Positions 58,058 through 64,000 of a DNA stretch of 64,000 nt are shown here, in pieces (position 1 is the stretch's first letter; every line of letters begins with the position of its first letter). The stretch is from NCBI GenBank assembly GCA_963741955.1, contig CAVUKB010000005.1, forward strand, positions 768,001-832,000, in the 5' to 3' direction. The DNA comes from an uncultured Acidobacteriota bacterium (GTDB lineage: Bacteria > Acidobacteriota > Thermoanaerobaculia > Gp7-AA8). The notes below the pieces were generated by a model. The model worked only from the letters and a program-made list of their open reading frames with translations, ran no database searches and had not been told where the DNA came from. Both the position numbers and the translations under genes were made by a program.

Positions 58058-59176
58058 ATGGGTCAGAGCCCGCAGGTGTCCCGACGCATGTTCGCCCGCC
58101 TTCTGGGCGCAGGAGCGGCGCTGGCCGCTGTGCCGTTCGACCTGAGATCCGGAACAGAGCCCGCGGCAGTTCCGGAAGTGGGTCCGCTGCGCCTCTCCTA
58201 CAACGAGAACCATTACGGGCTGTCGCCGTCGGCCCGAGCCGCGCTGGCCTCGCTCTCCGACTCGGCCTGGATGTACCCGGACGAGCACGAGGAGGCGCTG
58301 CGGGTCGATCTCGCGCGAGCGAACGGCGTGAAGGCGGAGTGGATCCTTCTCGGCAACGGCTCCTCAGAAGTCCTGCAGCTGGCCGCGCTGGCCGCACTCT
58401 CCCCTTCTCGAAGTGTCGTGATGGCCAACCCTACCTTCGAGCTCATGGCGATGCATGCCGCGGCCGTCGGCGCGAAGATCGTGAAGGTGCCCCTCACCAC
58501 CGACTGGGCCCACGATCTCCCCACAATGGTGAAGGCATCGCCGGGCGCGGGGATCCTCTACATCTGCAACCCGAACAATCCGACGGCGTCGATCACACCG
58601 AAGGAAGTGATCCGTCAGGCGATCGTCGACCTTTCCCCTTCCACGATGATCATCGTGGACGAGGCCTACGCTCACTATGCCTCGAACGCATTCGAATCGA
58701 TGATTCCTCTCGTTCAGAAGCACGAGAACCTGATCGTCCTTCGTACGTTTTCCAAGATCTACGGGATGGCCGGACTGCGCTGCGGATTTGCGGTGGCCCA
58801 GCCGTCCACCATCGCCCGCCTTCAGAAGCGGCAGGCGGCGAACGACATGAATCTCGCTGCGCTCCTTGCGGCGAGGGCGAGTCTGAAAGACGACCAGTAC
58901 ATTGTCGAATCACGGCGGAGAAACGCGTCCGTGCGAGCCGCGACGACGAAGAAGCTGACCGAGATGGGATTCCGGACCATCCCGTCCGAGGCCAACTTCT
59001 TCATGGTCGACCTCGGCCGTGACCTGCGGCCGGTGCGGGCTGCCATGCGCGATCGAGGCATCCTCGTCGGACGCCCCTTTTCGCCGATGATCCACTACCT
59101 GCGGGTCACGATCGGCACCGAGCCTCAGATGCGGCGCTTCCTCGAAGCGCTCGGGGAGATCACGGGAAAGGCCTGA
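58058..59176 (+). CDS. HisC-like class I/II aminotransferase with Tat signal
   Basis: SRRMF, LSYNEN, CNPNNPT, DEAY, RTFSKIYGMAGLRCG. Confidence 0.85.
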   Translation: MGQSPQVSRRMFARLLGAGAALAAVPFDLRSGTEPAAVPEVGPLRLSYNENHYGLSPSARAALASLSDSAWMYPDEHEEALRVDLARANGVKAEWILLGNGSSEVLQLAALAALSPSRSVVMANPTFELMAMHAAAVGAKIVKVPLTTDWAHDLPTMVKASPGAGILYICNPNNPTASITPKEVIRQAIVDLSPSTMIIVDEAYAHYASNAFESMIPLVQKHENLIVLRTFSKIYGMAGLRCGFAVAQPSTIARLQKRQAANDMNLAALLAARASLKDDQYIVESRRRNASVRAATTKKLTEMGFRTIPSEANFFMVDLGRDLRPVRAAMRDRGILVGRPFSPMIHYLRVTIGTEPQMRRFLEALGEITGKA

Positions 59177-59242
59177 GGGTGTCCCTCATCGGCCGTCGGT
59201 CGAACATTCGAAAATCCGGGCGGATTTGGACCGGCTTCGCCA

Positions 59243-59313
59243 GCCAAACGCCGCGCTTCAGCGGTGTTGGCGAGCGCAGCGAATCAACGTCCGCTGCAAG
59301 CGCGGCGTTAGGC
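59243..59313 (-). other. attC site 1 (71 bp)
   Basis: GCCTAAC...GTTTGGC imperfect palindrome; contains the TAA stop of the cassette gene. Confidence 0.9.
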
Positions 59314-59931
59314 GTCTTGGTTCCGACGGCGGAAGACGACGTAGGCAATGGTCGTCGCTGAGATGAAGGGGATTGCGAACACACCACCCACGAGGAGTCC
59401 CGTTGCAAGAGCAAGAAGCAGTCCCGCGGCTGGCGCAGCAAAAGCAAGCAGGTCGTCGTGCCCATTGCGTCGAAGAGAGAAGTAGATTGCAGTGAGGATG
59501 ATGAGATCACCGATGCCGACGATCGGGCGGAGCTGGCCGCCAAGAATGAAGGAGACGCTGAGGTATTGGAGCAAGTCGCTCGTGCCGGCATGGAAAGCGT
59601 GAGTGAGCTTTGCCGTGGTGCCAACTTGAGTTGAGACGATGTCTACGATCGAGGCAGCGACGGAGAAGGATACGAGTCCTGGAAGATTGCCAACCAAGGT
59701 GCCGAGAAGCGAGCCGACAGCGGCGGCGACGACCAGGATCGACACATTGGCGACCAGCGCGATGTCCGGCCGAAACACGAGGATGGCGACGTAACCGCCG
59801 AGGACGGGAACAGAGATGGCGGCGGTCTGTGGCCAGGGGAGGCGGCAGGTGAATGCCGTTGCCGCGAAAAGCAGCGCGGCGCTCGCGACGCAGACGGTGG
59901 TTGAGGTCACGACTGCAGCATCGGTGGACAA
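59308..59931 (-). CDS. Cassette: polytopic membrane protein with GxGD motif
   Basis: Fills the interval between two attC sites; IVDIV and VGIGDL motifs. Confidence 0.65.
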   Translation of the reverse strand: MSTDAAVVTSTTVCVASAALLFAATAFTCRLPWPQTAAISVPVLGGYVAILVFRPDIALVANVSILVVAAAVGSLLGTLVGNLPGLVSFSVAASIVDIVSTQVGTTAKLTHAFHAGTSDLLQYLSVSFILGGQLRPIVGIGDLIILTAIYFSLRRNGHDDLLAFAAPAAGLLLALATGLLVGGVFAIPFISATTIAYVVFRRRNQDA

Positions 59932-59934
59932 GAC

Positions 59935-59992
59935 GCGTCACGGCTCAGCATCAGCGGCGCACAGTGCCGTCCGCTGCATGCTGTTGTTAGGC
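59935..59992 (-). other. attC site 2 (58 bp, mutated R' box)
   Basis: GCCTAACAACAGCATGCAGCGG...CCGCTGATGCTGAGCC-GTGACGC. Confidence 0.8.
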
Positions 59993-60012
59993 GTCACTGT
60001 GCTCTCCATGTG

Positions 60013-60080
60013 TGGAGTTGACCCGTTTTCGTGGACTCCCTCCCCAATGTTCAGGTGTCCACGAAAACGGGTCAACTCCA
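60013..60080. mobile_element. 68-bp IS3-family-like mini-element
   Basis: Perfect 24-bp IR TGGAGTTGACCCGTTTTCGTGGAC, TG...CA ends, 20-bp spacer. Confidence 0.75.
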
Positions 60081-60109
60081 GTCTGCACAAGCGAAGTCGA
60101 TCTCCGGCT

Positions 60110-60283
60110 TGGGTATCCGAGCCCGACGCGAACCGACCAGTACTTTCCGACCCTCTTGAAGTGAAGTGACGGATGCCTCGGGTTTGCGCGCAAAAGCTCG
60201 GAATTGCTTCGAGCGAGCTGTTGGATTTCGACGGGAAGCTGCTCGAAATAGTCCCAGAACTCGGGCGAGGTGTGGTGATTCAA
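60110..60283 (-). pseudogene. Truncated RelE/ParE-like toxin
   Basis: FWDYFEQLP...NPRHPSLHFKRV...WSVRVGLGY, then loses similarity and reads into the IS end. Confidence 0.75.
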
Positions 60284-60480
60284 ATAGGACGACTCTTGCC
60301 GGCGCGATGATCAGCAAGCGCCTGATTCATGAGCCGGTCGAGCTTGCCGGTTTCTGAATCCTGCTCGATCTGCCGGTCCCACTCTTCCCAGTCCTGCTCC
60401 AACAGCCAGTCCCTGAGCTCCATAAACTCCTCAGGGGTAAGGCTTTGGATCTGCTGCTCAATTTGTTCGACTCTGGTCAT
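60280..60480 (-). CDS. Putative antitoxin (addiction-module-type)
   Basis: 66 aa, WEEWDRQIEQD..GKLD; ATGA overlap with the toxin. Confidence 0.75.
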   Translation of the reverse strand: MTRVEQIEQQIQSLTPEEFMELRDWLLEQDWEEWDRQIEQDSETGKLDRLMNQALADHRAGKSRPI

Positions 60481-60520
60481 ACCTTCACCAAAACAATCCT
60501 ACCGGATTCGAGCTTCCGCC

Positions 60521-60626
60521 GCCCGTCGGCCCGCGGTTCACCGGCGTGGACCGCGCTGGGATCACGCGGGCTCTTCGAGAACCAGTAAAGCAGCGGTTCG
60601 CGTCCGGTGCAACCGCTCAGATGGGC
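60521..60626 (-). other. attC site 3 (106 bp, both R boxes mutated)
   Basis: GCCCATC...GCGGTTGCACCGG...CCGGTGAACCGC...GACGGGC. Confidence 0.7.
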
Positions 60627-60630
60627 GACT

Positions 60631-60846
60631 CTACGCGTAGCGCAGACGCCGACCTTTGGCCTCAGGAATGGAATCACCGTGCTCGCGAGCGGTCTCCAGC
60701 CAAAGCGTGATCGCGCCCTGCGCGTTGGTCAGAGCGTCCGAGTGAGAAGAGCCATGAGCCATGCAGCCAGGAAGTTCCGGGACATCGGCGATGAATGCCT
60801 GATCTTCGTCGCTCCAGAAAATGATGATTTCGTACCGGTTTGTCAT
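60631..60846 (-). CDS. hicB: HicB family antitoxin
   Basis: YEIIIFWSDEDQAFIADVPELPGCMAHG...IPEAKG. Confidence 0.93.
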   Translation of the reverse strand: MTNRYEIIIFWSDEDQAFIADVPELPGCMAHGSSHSDALTNAQGAITLWLETAREHGDSIPEAKGRRLRYA

Positions 60847-61102
60847 TGGTCATGTCCCGCCAGGTTGTACTTCAAGATCACTGCCCGGACCTGTTTGACT
60901 TGATAGGGTTTCGCATTTCGCCCATCACGCTGCAGGTTGATCCGTTCCTCGACACCTGACTTCCCGAACAGATGATGGCTGGCTATTGTTCTCTCGTCGA
61001 ATCCCAGCGAGAGAAGGAGTCCGCGAAGGTCGTCGAAGTCGACGTTCGCGTCAGCGCGACCAACCGGAGGACGTCCGCAACCAACTTGTCGCGTCTCGTC
61101 AC
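60843..61102 (-). pseudogene. hicA: Frameshifted HicA family toxin
   Basis: GTG 61102 gives MTRRDKLVADVLR, out of frame with GRADANVDF...SHHLF...AKPYQVKQV (260 nt in total). Confidence 0.75.
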
Positions 61103-61140
61103 GAAGCGAGGTTACCACGCGGTCGCCTTCTCGCCGAGTC

Positions 61141-61210
61141 GCCCAACGGCCCGCGCTCATCGGCGGGCCGAGCGACGCGAGGCCCGTCCGCGTACAGCGC
61201 GTTGTTAGGC
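61141..61210 (-). other. attC site 4 (70 bp)
   Basis: GCCTAAC...GTTGGGC. Confidence 0.9.
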
Positions 61211-61229
61211 GACATGACCCATCTCCGTG

Positions 61230-61787
61230 TCAGGGCGCGCGCCGGTAGTGCATTGCGACCGCGCCGTTGCGGAGCGGCTTCGACGAGATCAACTCGAGCC
61301 GTCGCGTGCTGAGCAGCCCGCTCGCGTACAGGGTCGGGCCGTGGCCGGCGATCATGGGATGAACGAGCAACTTGTACTCGTCGATCAGATCCAGCCGGTC
61401 CAGCTCGGTCGCGAGCTTGCCGCTACCTAAGAGTACGCCGTCCGGGGTCGCGTCCTTGAGCTTTTGTACGCCCGTGCGCAGGTCGCCGGCGACGTGGTGG
61501 CTATTGGTCCACGGGAAGTCCTTTCGCGTCGAGGACACCACGTACTTCGGCTTGGCCTCCAGCTTGACCGCCCACTCGCGCATCGACGGCGGCGCCTCCT
61601 CGTCGCCGCGAGCGACCGCTGGCCAGTATCTCTCCATCATCTCGTAGGTGACGCGGCCCCACAGCATCGCCCCGCTCTCGTCCATGAGGCGGGTGAAGAA
61701 GGCGCGTGTCTCGTCGTCGGCGATTCCTTCCTGGTGGTCGACGCAGCCGTCCAGGGTGATGTTGATGCTGAAGGTCAAGAGTCCCAT
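61230..61787 (-). CDS. Cassette: RibD C-terminal / dihydrofolate reductase family protein
   Basis: ITLDG, GRVTYEMM, KPKYVVSST, LIDEY, GHGPTL; GGAGG RBS. Confidence 0.9.
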   Translation of the reverse strand: MGLLTFSINITLDGCVDHQEGIADDETRAFFTRLMDESGAMLWGRVTYEMMERYWPAVARGDEEAPPSMREWAVKLEAKPKYVVSSTRKDFPWTNSHHVAGDLRTGVQKLKDATPDGVLLGSGKLATELDRLDLIDEYKLLVHPMIAGHGPTLYASGLLSTRRLELISSKPLRNGAVAMHYRRAP

Positions 61788-61875
61788 GGTGTCCTCCGGT
61801 CCAGATACGCGACGAACCGCTCGTCGTCTGGCCCCAAGGGCACGAGCCCAATTCGCGAGGTACTCACTCTGTGTC

Positions 61876-61977
61876 GCCTAACGTTCAAAGCTCACCGGCT
61901 TCGAGCCGCACGCGACATCCTAGCATCGGCGACGCCGCAACGCGCGGCTCGAAGTCCGGTGCAGCGACAAGTTAGGC
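61876..61977 (-). other. attC site 5 (102 bp)
   Basis: GCCTAAC...GTTAGGC; TTCGAGCCGC arms. Confidence 0.92.
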
Positions 61978-62460
61978 CACGCCTCCTGGGAGTTCCGTCT
62001 CGGAGGATCCGGCGAGCGCAATCGAAACGGCGGGAAAGGTGTCGCTGGGTTTGAGCTTCGTGGCATTCCACTGAACGTACCTGGCCGCTGCGATGGTGAC
62101 GTGGTCAGGTGCGAGCGTCGCGTCGCGCGGTTGGGCCACCTTAAGGTGCATGGAGAAGCCGTCGGACGCGGTAAAGAAGAGATGAATGCCGAAGCTGATG
62201 ACGTTGACCGACGAGAGGATGAGCGTGGTTCCTGGAGTGTCGGGCGGCGGCGCACCCCACAGCCGAACCTCCACAACGTGATTTCGGAAGCGACCGAGAG
62301 TTCGGGTAAGCGGTAGCCGGGAGGTCGCGAGGCTTGTCGCGAGGAAAAGCAGAGGCAGCGGTGCAAGGACGAAGAAAATCGTTTGCTCCGTCACCAAGCC
62401 GAGCGCCACGGCGGATGCGCCGAGCAGGGAGAAGAGGATGCGAGCAGGTAGTGGACGCAT
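61972..62460 (-). CDS. Cassette: hypothetical membrane protein
   Basis: Two N-terminal TM segments; stop codon inside the attC R'' box. Confidence 0.65.
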   Translation of the reverse strand: MRPLPARILFSLLGASAVALGLVTEQTIFFVLAPLPLLFLATSLATSRLPLTRTLGRFRNHVVEVRLWGAPPPDTPGTTLILSSVNVISFGIHLFFTASDGFSMHLKVAQPRDATLAPDHVTIAAARYVQWNATKLKPSDTFPAVSIALAGSSETELPGGVA

Positions 62461-62488
62461 AGAGGATGCCGCACGAGTCTCCGGCGTG

Positions 62489-62592
62489 GCCTAACGCCAG
62501 CGCTGAGCCGCTTCAACGCGCACGCGCCGCATAAACACGATATCAGAACCTGGTGTTGCGCGTTGAAGGCGGCTCGAGCGCGATTGTTAGCC
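62489..62592 (-). other. attC site 6 (104 bp)
   Basis: GGCTAAC...GTTAGGC; CTTCAACGCGCA arms. Confidence 0.92.
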
Positions 62593-62934
62593 GGCGGCGA
62601 GCAACGCCTCTACAACCCGTCGGCTCTCTGGGGAGACCGCGAGCAGGCCCGTACGGATGTCTTGGCGAGTCAGCTCGAGGAGGCGCCGCTCCTCGGCCGT
62701 GAGCGACGAATACCGTATTCCGATGATACGCAGGTCGGCCTCCACGGTGCGAGATGCAACCGGTGCCGCGCTCGGTGCCACCTTCGCTACATCTCGAGCG
62801 ACCGCGATATCTCTGGCCAAGGTTGCGAAGTTCCGTTCACGAACACTGGATCTTTCGAGAACGATGCCCGTGCCGAGCGAGCACGCGACTCCGATGAGCA
62901 GACCTACGAGAAGACTTCCTCTGGAAATTTGCAT
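62587..62934 (-). CDS. Cassette: hypothetical exported or membrane protein
   Basis: AAAGGA RBS, N-terminal hydrophobic segment; stop codon inside attC. Confidence 0.6.
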   Translation of the reverse strand: MQISRGSLLVGLLIGVACSLGTGIVLERSSVRERNFATLARDIAVARDVAKVAPSAAPVASRTVEADLRIIGIRYSSLTAEERRLLELTRQDIRTGLLAVSPESRRVVEALLAAG

Positions 62935-63029
62935 TTGCGATCCTTTGCGGATTCGATGGCTTCTCTCCTGCGACGAAGGGCGGAGAAGAAGGTTTCGGCA
63001 AGGAGGCCAGAAGCGGTCGATCACCCGCC

Positions 63030-63104
63030 GGCTAACGGCTGGCGTTCTGCCGCGGGGTCCCGAGCGTAGCGAGGGCCCCGTCGGTCAGCAACGCTGATTT
63101 AGCC
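63030..63104 (-). other. attC site 7 (75 bp)
   Basis: GGCTAAA...GTTAGCC imperfect palindrome. Confidence 0.85.
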
Positions 63105-64000
63105 GGCCGATCCTCCGCCTGTGTGCGTTGGACCATCGTCAACGAGGGCACCCACGGCAAGCAGCCACGATGGCAGCGGAACCGAGCAGCCGTGCATGTG
63201 CTGAAAGATCCGCTTCAGTGTTCGAAAGGTCGCCTTCACGCCCTTCTCGAGTTCATCGTGATCCAGATCGTAGACAATGGCAAGTTTGTCTCTGCCGCCA
63301 TACTTCTCGGGAACGGACCACGGCGAGGGATGCATCAGCGCATCCCGAATGTGCTTGGTCTGCATGATCGCCTGGACATCCGCGTCCTGCTCGTCCCATA
63401 GCTCGATACCCGTCAAGATCCGCGGGATTCTGACGAGGCGATCCCGGAATGTTGGGCCTGCATCCTCGACGGTCCTCCGATCCTTTGATGAAAGTTGGCT
63501 CACGCGTTCGCTCTCGAGCTTCTGCAATCTCCACGCGAGCGCGGCGAGGTGTGCTTCCACCAGCGATGAACACGCGACGATGCCCCAGCGACATACGGCG
63601 GCTTGGCGCCGCGCGACGTCTTGACTTTGGACCCAGTCCTTCTTCAGCGTGGGGTCGAACGCACCAGAGAAACGTGCCAATGCTTGGCTGAGCTCGCGCG
63701 CTTCGGCTGTGGCCATCACGATGTCGTTGGCGAAGTGCCATTCGGGATACTGATATCTCAGGCCAAGTAGAGTGATACTGATCGTCGCGTGAAAGGGTCT
63801 TTCTTGGTCTCGCCCCTTGCTCGTTTCTCGGCGGACGGGGGCAAATCGCGCTTCAAAGTCGGACATCGGCATGCGCAAACCAAGAGGGATTCCTGACTTG
63901 ATCTCCTGAAACAGGGCTTCGAAGACCCCTTCCGTTGCGCCAGCAAAGAAGAAGCGACTGAAGCCGACGACCAGTTTTCTCACCCGTTGCTTTGCCGTCG
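63099..64000 (-). CDS. Cassette: hypothetical protein with HEPN-like R-x4-H motif (5' end may lie outside the window)
   Basis: SLVEAHL and IRDALMHP; frame stays open to the window edge; stop codon inside attC. Confidence 0.65.
   Translation of the reverse strand, partial: TAKQRVRKLVVGFSRFFFAGATEGVFEALFQEIKSGIPLGLRMPMSDFEARFAPVRRETSKGRDQERPFHATISITLLGLRYQYPEWHFANDIVMATAEARELSQALARFSGAFDPTLKKDWVQSQDVARRQAAVCRWGIVACSSLVEAHLAALAWRLQKLESERVSQLSSKDRRTVEDAGPTFRDRLVRIPRILTGIELWDEQDADVQAIMQTKHIRDALMHPSPWSVPEKYGGRDKLAIVYDLDHDELEKGVKATFRTLKRIFQHMHGCSVPLPSWLLAVGALVDDGPTHTGGGSAG

Noticed and set aside
61103-61160. ORF-track N-terminus of HicA (MSAGRWATRR...)
   Set aside because: That ATG lies inside attC4, outside the cassette; the family-like N-terminus is in another frame starting at 61102.
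61230-61787. Cassette as a dfr trimethoprim-resistance gene
   Set aside because: Length and motifs fit the RibD C-terminal-like family rather than DfrA/DfrB, so resistance cannot be claimed.

Overview
GC-rich bacterial chromosome segment. Gene content and protein families suggest Acidobacteriota, probably Thermoanaerobaculia (inference). From left to right it holds a MoxR/DUF58/BatABCD operon, trxA, rsmA, a secreted metalloprotease pair behind a sigma54-type promoter, ctaA/ctaB/SCO, an 11-gene chemosensory operon with no chemoreceptor (DUF4388, 2x CheY, CheA, ExeA-type ATPase, CheW, Zn-ribbon pseudo-receiver, HEAT, CheR, CheB, GAF), nusB/ribH, an amidase, a RodZ/DnaJ-TPR/PP2C operon, sugar-nucleotide genes, tyrS, ampG-like, rsmE, gltA and a Tat-signal aminotransferase. 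Four signals are not explained by the ORF track. (1) An unlisted CxxU Rdx/SelW selenoprotein with a SECIS-like hairpin at 34879-35109. (2) The distal end of an integron cassette array at 59243-64000: 7 attC sites, two decayed toxin-antitoxin cassettes, a HEPN-like cassette and a 68-bp IS3-type mini-element. (3) Three families of non-coding elements with terminal inverted repeats that stack head-to-tail at shared CTAG/TTAA-like 4-mers. (4) A two-tier GATCCTC/GATGYCTTTCA tandem repeat at two separate loci. No rRNA, tRNA or CRISPR array was recognised. Coordinates were read by eye and start codons are best guesses.
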